From an uncultured Gemmatimonadales bacterium (lineage in GTDB: Bacteria > Gemmatimonadota > Gemmatimonadetes > Longimicrobiales > RSA9): 64,000 nt of DNA. The notes under the pieces are model-generated. The model ran no database searches and had not been told where the DNA came from. It saw nothing but the letters and a program-made list of their open reading frames with translations. The stretch is taken from positions 64,001 through 128,000 of the forward strand of contig CAWAMW010000015.1 in the NCBI GenBank assembly GCA_963783305.1. Reading direction: 5' to 3'. Both the position numbers and the translations under genes were made by a program. Positions 53,793-63,269 of the stretch are shown piece by piece (position 1 is the first letter of the stretch; each line of letters starts with the position of its first letter).

Positions 53793-55337
53793 ATGCACTT
53801 TGCGGACTGGATCGTCCTCGGTCTCTACATCGTCGTCATCGTGGGGATTGGCTTCTGGGCCAATCGGCAACAGACAGACACCGAGGCCTATTTCGTCGGC
53901 AACCGGAGCGTCCGCTGGTGGGCGGCCGGGATCTCCATCATCGCCACCTCCTTCTCGGCCGCATCCATCCTGGGCGTGCCCGGCTACGCTTTCAGCGACG
54001 ACATGTGGTACCTGCAGTACCAGATCGGGGACATCCTGGCCGCCGTGATCGTCGTGGTACTCTTCATCCCCTTCTTCCACAGCGTCCGCGGGCTCACCAC
54101 GGCCTACGAGTACCTGGAAACCCGGTTCGACCTCAAGACGCGGCTGCTCGGCTCCTCCCTCTTCAGCCTCACGGTTCTGCTGCGGGCGGGAACGCTCCTC
54201 TACGGCGCGGCACTGCTGTTCTCCGCCGTCGTGCCCACGACGCTGATCCCCGGGCTGAACGGCGTGGAAGAGGCGGTGGTCATCTTCGGCGTCATCGCCA
54301 TCATCTACACGGTGATGGGCGGGATCTCCGCGGTGATCTGGACCGACGTGGTCCAGTTCTCGATCATGAGCATCGGGATCTTCGCGTGCATGGCCGTGGT
54401 CGTGGCTGGCACACCGGGCGGCTGGCAGACGGCCTTTGCCCAGGCGGATGCTCTCGGGAAGCTGGACGTGGTGCACATCGCGGAGCCCTTGGGCGGGAAG
54501 GGGCTGCTCACGGCCATCTTCGGCTACGGTCTGCTGGCGCTGTCGCTGTTCGGGACCAACCAGCAGCCGGTGCAGCGGTACATGACCGTAAAGGAGCCGC
54601 GGGAAGCGCAGAAGGCGCTGCTCCTCGGTGTGGCCACCGGCGCGCTGGGCGTGCTGCTGTCGCTGCTCCTGGGCGTGTTCCTGTTCATCTTCTACGAGCA
54701 CTTCCCCACGCTGCTGCCCGCCGATCTCACGGCCGATCAGGTGATGCCGCACTTCGTCCGCACCGAAGTCCCGCCCATCCTCACGGGCGCACTGGTTGCG
54801 GCCGTCTTCGCGGCGGCCATGTCCAGCCTCGACTCAGCGCTGAACTCGCTCTCCGCGGCCCTGACCGTCGACTTCCTCGCCCGGTTCAGGCCTCAGGTCA
54901 CCGAGCAGAAGCGCCTGCTCTTCGCCAAGGTCGTGGTGGTCACCGCCGGCATCCTCGGCATCGTCGTGGGGATCTACGCCTCCCGTACGGAGGCGCTTCT
55001 CATCGACATGATCCTGTCCTTCATGGGCTACTTCGCGGGTGGCCTGCTGGGCCTGTTCCTGCTCGGCATGCTCACACGGCGGGCCAACGGTACCGGCGCC
55101 TTCACCGGCGCCATCATCGGCACACTGGTGGTCCTGATGGTGACGGAGAACGACTTCCGGCTGCCGCGCCTCTACGAGCTGCTCGGGTTCGAGGCGGTTC
55201 CCTTCATCTGGTCCACCGCAATCGGTCTCGCCGTGACCCTGGTGGTGGGCTACCTTCTCTCCCTCCCTGGAGGCCGCGTCCCGGCGCATCGGCTGGAGAC
55301 CACCACCATGCGCGGGAGCCCCGGGCCGAACGGTTGA
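53793..55337 (+). CDS. Sodium:solute symporter (SSS family)
   Basis: D..VL..Y, YFVGNRS..WW, SI.ATS.SA, TAYEYLE.RF, YTVMGG..AVIWTDV.Q, Q..VQRY and AAAMSSLDS.LNS motifs. Confidence 0.93.
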   Translation: MHFADWIVLGLYIVVIVGIGFWANRQQTDTEAYFVGNRSVRWWAAGISIIATSFSAASILGVPGYAFSDDMWYLQYQIGDILAAVIVVVLFIPFFHSVRGLTTAYEYLETRFDLKTRLLGSSLFSLTVLLRAGTLLYGAALLFSAVVPTTLIPGLNGVEEAVVIFGVIAIIYTVMGGISAVIWTDVVQFSIMSIGIFACMAVVVAGTPGGWQTAFAQADALGKLDVVHIAEPLGGKGLLTAIFGYGLLALSLFGTNQQPVQRYMTVKEPREAQKALLLGVATGALGVLLSLLLGVFLFIFYEHFPTLLPADLTADQVMPHFVRTEVPPILTGALVAAVFAAAMSSLDSALNSLSAALTVDFLARFRPQVTEQKRLLFAKVVVVTAGILGIVVGIYASRTEALLIDMILSFMGYFAGGLLGLFLLGMLTRRANGTGAFTGAIIGTLVVLMVTENDFRLPRLYELLGFEAVPFIWSTAIGLAVTLVVGYLLSLPGGRVPAHRLETTTMRGSPGPNG

Positions 55338-55425
55338 CCGCCGGGGCTGATGGCCACCCCGGCAGGCATGGGCGTTGCACGGGGCGGGGGACGAACCACT
55401 ACGGCGTATCCAGCAGGAGGAACCG

Positions 55426-56067
55426 TTGCTAGGCGATCTGTTCGAACGACTCGGCGCCACCCTTGGCACGCTCGACGCCAACCTTCGGGGGATGAGCGGC
55501 GCCAGCGCGAGACATCGGCCCCGTCAGGTCGCGGTCTATGACCCGGACTCCGGGGATGTCCACGACCTGGAGGACGATGCCACGGAGACGGTCCAGAACG
55601 CCGCGATGGCCGCCGGCGCCGCCTGGCTCCTCTCGCGGGTGTTCCGCCCCCGCGATGTCAGCTGGCCACGGGTCGTGATCGCCGGCATTGCGGCCACCGC
55701 CCTGGCCGACATGGTCGGACGCTACCGGGAGGACGCGCCCGCCGCGGGCCGCCTGCCCTATGCCGAGGACCCCGAGGAGCTCATGGCCCGCTTCGGCGCC
55801 GGAATCGCTGTCGCGGCCGCTTACGCGTCGCTCCTCTACCCGAGGATCCCGGGCCCGCCGCTGCTGCGCGGACTCGCGTTCGGCGCGCTGGAGATCGCCG
55901 CCGCGCCCCGGGGCGGGCTCATGGCGCTGGCCTCGGAGGCGCCCGGAGTGAGGTTCCCGCTCCAGACGCTGGCGCTGCCCGTGGACGAGGATGCCGGCCC
56001 CATGTCGCACCTCGCGTTCGGACTCGCGCTGGGGTTCCTGTACCGGTACGAGAGCGACGACGACTGA
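55426..56067 (+). CDS. Hypothetical membrane protein
   Basis: AGGAGG RBS before the TTG at 55426; several hydrophobic segments; SHLAFGLALG near the C-terminus. Confidence 0.65.
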   Translation: MLGDLFERLGATLGTLDANLRGMSGASARHRPRQVAVYDPDSGDVHDLEDDATETVQNAAMAAGAAWLLSRVFRPRDVSWPRVVIAGIAATALADMVGRYREDAPAAGRLPYAEDPEELMARFGAGIAVAAAYASLLYPRIPGPPLLRGLAFGALEIAAAPRGGLMALASEAPGVRFPLQTLALPVDEDAGPMSHLAFGLALGFLYRYESDDD

Positions 56068-56108
56068 CGTCGCGGTGAGCGACCGGAGCGCGCTGGAGGC
56101 CCGGCCGA

Positions 56109-57263
56109 CTATCGGCGGTCGGGCCTCCCGGGCGTATAGGAGCCGAGGACCCGGGGGCCGCTGGCGCCCGTGACCGACGGCAGGTTTGCGGGGCGGCCGG
56201 CGAGGTGTGCCCAGGCGAGGACCGCGAATGCGACCGCCTCCTTGGCGTCGGGCTCGAACCCGAGGACCTCGGCCGTCCGCACCGGCACGGACGCCAGGGC
56301 CTCCTGCAGCATGCCCATGAGGGCCGGGTTCCGGGCGCCCCCTCCGCTCACGACCACCTCCCCGTCCGCTCCCGGCGGCGCCCATCGCTCCACCGCCCGC
56401 GCGATGCTGCGAGCGGTCAGGGCCGTGAGTGTGGCGACCAGGTCGGCCCAGGTGTCGGGGTCCGACGGCCGACGGCGTTCCACGAGCGTCTGGACATAGC
56501 GCCGACCGAAAGACTCGCGGCCGGTGGACTTGGGCGGCGCGCGGTGGTAGAACGGGTCGTCGAGGAGCTCCCGGAGCAGCGCCTCGTCGACCCGGCCGCG
56601 CCGCGCCAGCTCGCCATCCCGATCGAACTGAGTACGCCCATTGGTGGCGAGCTCCGCGGCGGTGTCCATGAGCGCGTTGCCGGGGCCGGTGTCGAACGCG
56701 ATCACCGGCTCCTCCGATCCCATGGGCGGGAGCCGCGTCAGGTTGGCCATTCCGCCGATGTTCTGGAGCACGCGGACGTGGTCCGTGGCGTAGAGGAGCT
56801 GGTCCACCCAGGAGACCAGCGGGGCTCCCTCTCCGCCGGCCGCCATGTCGCGGCTCCGGAAGTCACTGACGACGGGAATCCCGGTCCGCTCCGCGACCGT
56901 GGCGGCGTCACCGAGCTGGAGCGTGGCACCGCGCTGTCCGTCCCGGGGTGGCTGGTGCCAGACCGTCTGGCCGTGTGAGCCCACGAGGTCCACCGCGTCC
57001 AGCTCGACGCCCGCCCCCTCACAGACCCGGAGCACCGCGTCGGCGAACCAGTCGCCCAGGCGGCCGTGAAGCCGCGTGAGCGACGCGGCGTCCCCCTCCA
57101 GGATGCACGCGTGGATCTCCTCGCGTCGATCCGCCGAATAGGCCAGCGAGTCGAACGCCAGCAGGCTCAGGTTGGGACGCCCCTCTGCTCCCTCGTCGAT
57201 CTCGACCAGGGCCGCGTCAATGCCGTCCAGCGAGGTGCCGGACATGAGCCCCACGACCTTCAC
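56109..57263 (-). CDS. anmK: Anhydro-N-acetylmuramic acid kinase
   Basis: GLMSGTSLDGID, GSHGQT..H, TLQLG, DFR..D.A.GG.GAPL, NIGG.AN, FDTGPGN, PPKSTGRE, GGG..N and KEA..FA motifs. Confidence 0.97.
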   Translation of the reverse strand: MKVVGLMSGTSLDGIDAALVEIDEGAEGRPNLSLLAFDSLAYSADRREEIHACILEGDAASLTRLHGRLGDWFADAVLRVCEGAGVELDAVDLVGSHGQTVWHQPPRDGQRGATLQLGDAATVAERTGIPVVSDFRSRDMAAGGEGAPLVSWVDQLLYATDHVRVLQNIGGMANLTRLPPMGSEEPVIAFDTGPGNALMDTAAELATNGRTQFDRDGELARRGRVDEALLRELLDDPFYHRAPPKSTGRESFGRRYVQTLVERRRPSDPDTWADLVATLTALTARSIARAVERWAPPGADGEVVVSGGGARNPALMGMLQEALASVPVRTAEVLGFEPDAKEAVAFAVLAWAHLAGRPANLPSVTGASGPRVLGSYTPGRPDRR

Positions 57264-58252
57264 GAGCGCGACCCGGCGGAAGGAGCATCGGGCGGTCCGT
57301 GCCCATCCGCGTCGGACGCCAGTCCTTCCACGATCCGACTGATCACGCCGCCCACCGCCTCCAGCCGGCGAGTGGCTTCGTCACGGCCCACCTCCAGGTA
57401 TCCCATGACGATGGCCGTCTTCACGTGCCCCTCAGCCTCGTTCAGGAGCCGCTCGGCGGCAGGGCGGTCCAGCCCCACGGTCTCCATGAGGATGCGCTCG
57501 CCCCGGTCCCTCAGCTTCTGGCAGGTGACCTGGAGGTCCACCATCAGGTTCCCGTACACCTTCCCGAGCCGCACCATGGCCGCGGTGGTGATGGTATTGA
57601 GGACCATCTTGGTGGCGGTCCCGGCCTTCATGCGGGTGGAGCCGGTGACCACCTCCGGACCCACCAGTGGCGCGATGACCACGTCGTGGGTCTCGTCCAG
57701 CTCGGCGCTCGGATAGGTGCAGAGGAGGAAGCCCGTGCGCGCACCCCGCTCCCGGGCCCGGGCCAGGGCGCCGTGTACGTACGGCGTGGTGCCGCTGGTG
57801 GCGATCCCCAGCACGAAGTCGTTCTCGCCGACCTCGCGATCGTCCATGGCCGCGGCACCGTCCTCCGGCGAATCCTCGGCCCCCTCCTGCGACCGGACCA
57901 GCGCCTCGTACCCGCCGGCGATCACGCCCTGCACCTGCCGCGGATCCGTGCCGTAGGTGGGGGGCATCTCGGAGGCATCGAGCACCCCGAGCCGACCGCT
58001 GGTTCCCGCGCCCACGTAGATCAGGCGGCCGCCCGCCTTGAAGCATTCGGTCACCAGGTCCACGCAGTGGGCGATCTCGGCCCGCTCCTCGGCCACCGCG
58101 TCGGCGACCATGCGGTCCTCGGCGTTGATCAGGTCCACGACCTCGAGGGTCGAGAGCTGATCGATTCGCGCACTGCGGGGGTTGCGGCGCTCCGTGAGCC
58201 GCTCCTCCTCGCGGGAGTGCGATTTGCTGGCGTCATCGTCGTTCCGGTACAT
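57260..58252 (-). CDS. murQ: N-acetylmuramic acid 6-phosphate etherase
   Basis: TERRNP, GGRLIYVGAGTSGRLGVLDASE.PPT, EGAED, GPEV.TGSTRMKAGTA.K.VLN and YGNLMVD motifs. Confidence 0.97.
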   Translation of the reverse strand: MYRNDDDASKSHSREEERLTERRNPRSARIDQLSTLEVVDLINAEDRMVADAVAEERAEIAHCVDLVTECFKAGGRLIYVGAGTSGRLGVLDASEMPPTYGTDPRQVQGVIAGGYEALVRSQEGAEDSPEDGAAAMDDREVGENDFVLGIATSGTTPYVHGALARARERGARTGFLLCTYPSAELDETHDVVIAPLVGPEVVTGSTRMKAGTATKMVLNTITTAAMVRLGKVYGNLMVDLQVTCQKLRDRGERILMETVGLDRPAAERLLNEAEGHVKTAIVMGYLEVGRDEATRRLEAVGGVISRIVEGLASDADGHGPPDAPSAGSRS

Positions 58253-58284
58253 TCGCGTCAGAAAGTATCCCTGGACCATGGACT

Positions 58285-59481
58285 ATGCGAGACTTCCTCC
58301 ACCACGCCCGCAGCTTCCACGCCGATCTGGTCGAAATGCGGCGAGACATCCATCGGAACCCGGAGCGGTCGTTCCACGAGGAGCGCACGGCCGCGGTGGC
58401 CGCCGATGCCATTGAAGCGCTCGGGTTCGATGTCCGCCGGGGAGTCGGCGGCCATGGGGTGGTGGCGGAGATCCGCTCCGGCTCCGCCGGCAGGGTCGTC
58501 GCGCTCCGCGCCGACATGGACGCCCTGCCGATCGCGGAGTCCAACGACGTGGAGTACCGCTCCACCGTCGACGGAGTCATGCACGCCTGCGGCCACGACG
58601 CCCACACCACCATGCTCGTGGGCGCCGCCCGCCTCCTGGCCGGCGCCCGCGACGAGGGCGACCTGCCGGAGGGCACGGTCCGCCTCCTCTTCCAGCCGGC
58701 GGAGGAAGAGACCGACGCCGACAACCGGAGCGGCGCCCGGCACATGATCGACAACGGCGCGATGGACGGGGTCGACGCCCTCTTCGCGCTCCACGTAGGG
58801 CCGCACCTCCCGGCCGGAAAGATCTTCACGCGCGAGGGCGGGATCATGGCGGGCAGCGACACGTTCACCGCTCACATCCTCGGGAGCAGCAGCCACGGCG
58901 CCCGCCCCGATGCGGGTCGCGACGCGGTGGTACTGGCCGCGCATGTGGTCCTTGCGGCGCAGAACGCGGTCGCCCGGCGGATCTCCCCCATGAGCTCCGG
59001 GGTGCTCACGTTCGGTACCGTCCGGGGCGGGACGGCCGAGAACGTAATCGCCGATCGGGTCAGTCTGGATGGGACCCTCCGCTACTTCGATCCGGAGGTG
59101 CGGAAGCGGCTGCGGCAGGCACTCGGCGAGGCTCTTGACGTGGCCAATGCGCTGGGCGGCCGCCACGAGCTCGACCTCGACGAGGGCTATCCTCCCACTC
59201 TGAACGACCCAGCCATGACCCGGCTGGCCGTGGAGGCGGCCCGCACGCTCCTCGGGGAGGATGGGGTGTGGGATGCCGAGGCCATGATGGGGACTGAAGA
59301 CTTCGCCATCCTCCTCGGCCACGCGCCCGGCGCGCTGCTCTGGCTGGGCGCTGCCCCCGCGGACTCCCCGCGTGAGCTCCATCGCCCGGACATGGACATC
59401 GACGAGTCGGTGCTGCCGGTGGGCGCCGCGGTGCTGGCGGCGTGCGGAGTGGCTGGACTGCGGCCGCCACCCGTCGGCTGA
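58285..59481 (+). CDS. M20 family amidohydrolase/peptidase
   Basis: RRDIHRNPE, ALRADMDALP, MHACGHDAH, FQPAEE, HGA.P, EDFA and LH.P motifs. Confidence 0.93.
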   Translation: MRDFLHHARSFHADLVEMRRDIHRNPERSFHEERTAAVAADAIEALGFDVRRGVGGHGVVAEIRSGSAGRVVALRADMDALPIAESNDVEYRSTVDGVMHACGHDAHTTMLVGAARLLAGARDEGDLPEGTVRLLFQPAEEETDADNRSGARHMIDNGAMDGVDALFALHVGPHLPAGKIFTREGGIMAGSDTFTAHILGSSSHGARPDAGRDAVVLAAHVVLAAQNAVARRISPMSSGVLTFGTVRGGTAENVIADRVSLDGTLRYFDPEVRKRLRQALGEALDVANALGGRHELDLDEGYPPTLNDPAMTRLAVEAARTLLGEDGVWDAEAMMGTEDFAILLGHAPGALLWLGAAPADSPRELHRPDMDIDESVLPVGAAVLAACGVAGLRPPPVG

Positions 59482-59495
59482 CGCGAGCACCCCCT

Positions 59496-60347
59496 TCAGG
59501 AGACGGACGCCCGCAGGCCGGTGGCGCGCAGCGAGCCGGGAGTGGGCTCCGCCTTCCACCATGGACCGGACACCGCATGATGCACCCGAAGGTCCCAGTC
59601 GGGTGGGAGGGCCACGCCCACGCCGCGCGTCTGCGGCAGGCGCTTCGGGTCCCGGATGGCCGCCGCCTCGCGGGCCAGCTGGTTGTGCAGCTCCACGACC
59701 GCACGCAGTCGCCGGAAATGGCCGTCCCGGGCTCCGGGCACCTGCCGAATTCCAACGTGCCAGTCCGCGCCCGTCTCGGCGCTGTCGGCGATCCCCGTGA
59801 GAATATCGAAGAACTCATCGTCGATGAGGGCGTCGAGCGCTTCCACGTACTCGGCGTCCAGCGAGGTCCCGTAGACGCGGATCACCTCCCGCAAGGCCTC
59901 CCGGCCTGCGCACAGCTCCCGCGCCAGCCAGGCGCTCCAGCTCAGCGCGGCGTCCTCCACCGACGGTGCCGCGGGATCGATCTCGGCCAGGACCAGGGTG
60001 TGGTGCGGCTCCAGCAGCTCTAGCATGGAGTCCGGCGGGTACCGGGGCGGGTTCCGAAGGCCGCCCTTCAAGACCACACCCCAGACCTCCAGCAGCCGCG
60101 TCAGCGCCCGACTGCCCCGGCGGAAGGCGCCCAGCGAGCTCTTCAGCCGGCGAACCCGGTCCTGCCGCTCGAGGAACCGCTGCACGAAGACCAGCGTCAG
60201 GAGGATGGCCAGCGTCTCGGTGGCCAGGTTGGGACCGAAGCGCTGGATCGTGGCGTTGTCCGGAGCGAGCTGGCTCACGGCCGCGGCCGCCACTACCAGT
60301 CCGCCCAGGATCATGTACAGAACAGGCCAGTGGCCGCGACCCATCAA
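59496..60347 (-). CDS. Hypothetical protein with two N-terminal TM helices
   Basis: GAGGAGG RBS; two hydrophobic segments followed by a helical soluble domain. Confidence 0.7.
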   Translation of the reverse strand: MMGRGHWPVLYMILGGLVVAAAAVSQLAPDNATIQRFGPNLATETLAILLTLVFVQRFLERQDRVRRLKSSLGAFRRGSRALTRLLEVWGVVLKGGLRNPPRYPPDSMLELLEPHHTLVLAEIDPAAPSVEDAALSWSAWLARELCAGREALREVIRVYGTSLDAEYVEALDALIDDEFFDILTGIADSAETGADWHVGIRQVPGARDGHFRRLRAVVELHNQLAREAAAIRDPKRLPQTRGVGVALPPDWDLRVHHAVSGPWWKAEPTPGSLRATGLRASVS

Positions 60348-60473
60348 CGGCTTCCTCCTCGCCAGAAATGCAAGACGGGTCCGCCCTGGACCCGTCTCCC
60401 CGCGTCGGGGATACGCTCCCGCGAAGTTAGCGCATTCCGCGCGATGGACGCGACCCCCGAGATCTCGCGACGC

Positions 60474-61325
60474 CTATCCCGAGACCGTCCGGGTGACGAT
60501 GACAGGCTGATCCACTCGGATCACCACCTCGGCGCCCTGGGGCAGAACGGCATCCACATCGGTGGTGCCCATGGCGATGGCCGTTCCGGCGGCCGCGCCG
60601 ATCGCCGCCCCCTTCAGGGTCGACTCCTTGTCCTTCCCCAGCACCTGCCCGAGGATGGCACCCGCGGCGGCACCCGCGGCCACCTTCCCGGCCGATTCAG
60701 CCGTGCTCGTGCGCGTCCGCTGCTGCACCTCGGCGCTCTGCACCGTGGCCTGCAACGGGTAGCTCTCACCCCCGAATGAGATGGCCTCGAACGCCAGCTT
60801 CATCGCCGCGGTCTGCCCCACCCGGCCCGACGGCGCCACCGCCGTCACACGACCCCGCACCGTCGCGCCCGCCGGCACGATCACCGTGCCATCGGCGTCC
60901 ACGATCGGCCGCTCCAGCCGCGCCGTGAACGAGTCGCCCGCCTTGTTCTGCTCCGTGGACAGCGTCTCATTCATGCGGATCGCGATCGTGGTCCCGGTGG
61001 GTACGGTCATCGACACCGTCCGCGGCTGCGGGGTCGGGGTCGAGCGCTGCGTCTCCGGCTGGCTCGGCCGCGGCCGAGGAGTCTGCTGCCGCGGTGCCTG
61101 CGCACCCGGCTGCGGCACGGGCGGGGTCCCCGCACCGGGGTCCGCCACGGCGGTGTCCTCGAATGTGGTCGCGGAGGTGTCCCCCTGGAGGGCCAGATCC
61201 AGCTCCCGGTCCAGCTCCTCGTCCTGCAGCGCCGCCCGGTCGTCCCCGCTATCGCCGCACGCGGCAGAACCGAGGGCGAGCGGGGCGATGAGCAACATGG
61301 CCGCTGCGATAGTGCGTCGTTTCAT
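60474..61325 (-). CDS. Lipoprotein with Pro-rich linker, TrbI/VirB10-like beta domain and glycine zipper
   Basis: Lipobox SAAC; VPTGT.I.IR....LST...AGD.F.A, VPAGA.V.G.V and GAAAGAILG...GAAIGAAAG motifs. Confidence 0.75.
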   Translation of the reverse strand: MKRRTIAAAMLLIAPLALGSAACGDSGDDRAALQDEELDRELDLALQGDTSATTFEDTAVADPGAGTPPVPQPGAQAPRQQTPRPRPSQPETQRSTPTPQPRTVSMTVPTGTTIAIRMNETLSTEQNKAGDSFTARLERPIVDADGTVIVPAGATVRGRVTAVAPSGRVGQTAAMKLAFEAISFGGESYPLQATVQSAEVQQRTRTSTAESAGKVAAGAAAGAILGQVLGKDKESTLKGAAIGAAAGTAIAMGTTDVDAVLPQGAEVVIRVDQPVIVTRTVSG

Positions 61326-61383
61326 GGGCGCCTCCCGGTGCCAACCCTGCTTGTTTCAACGTGGAAAAGCCATTAGGATTCGG

Positions 61384-61398
61384 GCAATTGATATGCCA
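61384..61398 (-). promoter_or_regulatory. Sigma54 -24/-12 promoter
   Basis: Minus TGGCATATCAATTGC, near consensus TGGCAC-N5-TTGC; 58 nt before the ATG at 61325. Confidence 0.7.
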
Positions 61399-61402
61399 TG
61401 AC

Positions 61403-61440
61403 AGGCCGTAGACCCCCACCCGGCGGTCTACGGCCTTCTT
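61403..61440 (+). other. Terminator-like hairpin just upstream of the ABC transporter start
   Basis: AGGCCGTAGACC-N10-GGTCTACGGCCT, a 12-bp perfect stem, followed by TCTT. Confidence 0.55.
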
Positions 61441-61453
61441 CGAATGGAGCGGC

Positions 61454-63259
61454 TTGAACCTCGTCAAGCGACTTTACCCGTACATCCGCCCTTATTGGAA
61501 GGGCTACCTGCTCGGGCTGCTCATGGTGGTGCTGGCGAACGGGTTCGCGATCCTGGCGCCGCGGCTCCTGGGGCAGGCCATCGACGCGCTGGAGCAGACG
61601 GGTGTCACGCACGCGGTCGTGTGGCGCTACGCGGGGCTGATCCTGCTTGTGGCCGTGCTGGCGGGCGCCGCGCGGTACGGTATGCGGGAGCTGCTGAACG
61701 GCTACAGTCGTCGCGTGGAGACGGACCTCCGGCAGGACTTCTTCGCGCACCTCATGCGCCTGGACGCCGCGTTCTACGGACAGTGGCGCACCGGGGACCT
61801 CATGAGCCGGGCGACGAACGATATCCTGAGCGTCCGAATGGCGGTCGGTCCGGCCATCATGTACACGGTGAACACGCTCGTGCTGGGGGCGCTGGCGCTG
61901 GTCTTCATGCTGAACGTGAGCCCTGTGCTCACCGCCTTCGCGCTCATCCCGCTGATCCTGCTGCCCCCCGTCACGCTCTATTTCGGGAAGGTCATCCACC
62001 AGAAGTACGAGAAGATCCAGGAGCACCTGGGGGCGCTCACCACGACGGTCCAGGAAAACCTGTCGGGCGCGAGGATCGTCCGCGCCTACACCCAGGAGGA
62101 CGTGCAGGGTGAGGAGTTCGCCGGGATGAACGAGGAGTACCTGCGGCGGAACATGGATCTGGTGGTCTCCACGGGCGCGTTCTACCCGTCGCTTTCGTTC
62201 ATGGCGGGGCTCGGGATGCTCACCGTGCTGTATGTGGGGGGGCGTCTGGTGATCCAGGACGCCATCACGGTGGGCGACTTCGTGGCCTTCGGCTTCTATC
62301 TGACCATGATGATCTGGCCCCTGATCGCGCTGGGTTGGGTCATCAACCTGTTCCAGCGGGCGGCCGCGTCGCTGACCCGGATCGTGGACGTGTTCGATAC
62401 GCCCGCGGCGATCCGGGGCCCGACAGCGCCGGTGGAGCTGTCGGAGGTGCGGGGCGAGATCGAGTTCCGCAACGTCTCCTTCCGATACCCGGGAACGGAG
62501 CGGCGGGTGATCGAGGACGCGTCGTTCACGCTCCCCGCGGGATCCACGGTGGCGCTGGTGGGGCCCACGGGCGCCGGCAAGTCGACGGTGATCGCGCTCG
62601 TGGCGCGGCTCTACGACCCGACGGACGGCGTGGTGCTCCTCGACGGCGTGCCCCTCCCGGACCTGTCCCTCGCCACGGTACGGAACGCCATCGGCGTGGT
62701 CCCCCAGGACGCCTTCCTCTTCAGCGAGACCATCGCCGAGAACATTGCGCTGGGCATAGAGACCCGGGACGACGCGGAAGCCGACGTCATGGCGCCGGTG
62801 CGGGCCGCGGCCTCCATCGCGCAGCTGGACGAGGCCATTGCCGGGTTCCCGCACGGCTTCGAGACCCGACTGGGGGAGCGCGGGGTGAACCTCTCCGGTG
62901 GGCAGCGGCAGCGGACCACGCTGGCCCGCGCCATCGCGCGTGATCCAAGCGTCCTGATCCTGGACGACTCACTGAGCGCGGTGGACACGCACACGGAGCG
63001 GCGGATCCTGAAGGGGCTGCGTGATGTATTGAGTGATCGCACCGCGCTGATCGTCAGCCATCGCGTCACGGCCGTCATGGAGGCGGACCTGATCCTCGTG
63101 CTGGATGACGGCCGGATCGTCGAGCGCGGCACGCACCAGGAGCTCATGGCCCGGAGCGGTGTGTACGCACGACTGCTCCGACGACAGCTCCTGGAAGAGG
63201 GACTCGAAGGGGACAACCCCGAGGCGGAGACGCTTGCTACCGCCCCCATGGAAATCTAG
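61454..63259 (+). CDS. ABC exporter half-transporter (TMD+NBD), MdlA/YheI-like
   Basis: TGDLMSR.TND, QEN.SG.R.VRAY, Walker A GPTGAGKS, LSGGQ and degenerate Walker B LILDD. Confidence 0.92.
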   Translation: MNLVKRLYPYIRPYWKGYLLGLLMVVLANGFAILAPRLLGQAIDALEQTGVTHAVVWRYAGLILLVAVLAGAARYGMRELLNGYSRRVETDLRQDFFAHLMRLDAAFYGQWRTGDLMSRATNDILSVRMAVGPAIMYTVNTLVLGALALVFMLNVSPVLTAFALIPLILLPPVTLYFGKVIHQKYEKIQEHLGALTTTVQENLSGARIVRAYTQEDVQGEEFAGMNEEYLRRNMDLVVSTGAFYPSLSFMAGLGMLTVLYVGGRLVIQDAITVGDFVAFGFYLTMMIWPLIALGWVINLFQRAAASLTRIVDVFDTPAAIRGPTAPVELSEVRGEIEFRNVSFRYPGTERRVIEDASFTLPAGSTVALVGPTGAGKSTVIALVARLYDPTDGVVLLDGVPLPDLSLATVRNAIGVVPQDAFLFSETIAENIALGIETRDDAEADVMAPVRAAASIAQLDEAIAGFPHGFETRLGERGVNLSGGQRQRTTLARAIARDPSVLILDDSLSAVDTHTERRILKGLRDVLSDRTALIVSHRVTAVMEADLILVLDDGRIVERGTHQELMARSGVYARLLRRQLLEEGLEGDNPEAETLATAPMEI

Positions 63260-63269
63260 CTTCACAACC

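Noticed and set aside
60369..60384. Sigma54 site upstream of the 59496-60347 gene
   Set aside because: The spacing is GG-N9-GC, one base short of the strict requirement.
60474..61325. Type IV secretion or conjugation system
   Set aside because: Only an isolated TrbI/VirB10-like domain is present, with no other T4SS genes.
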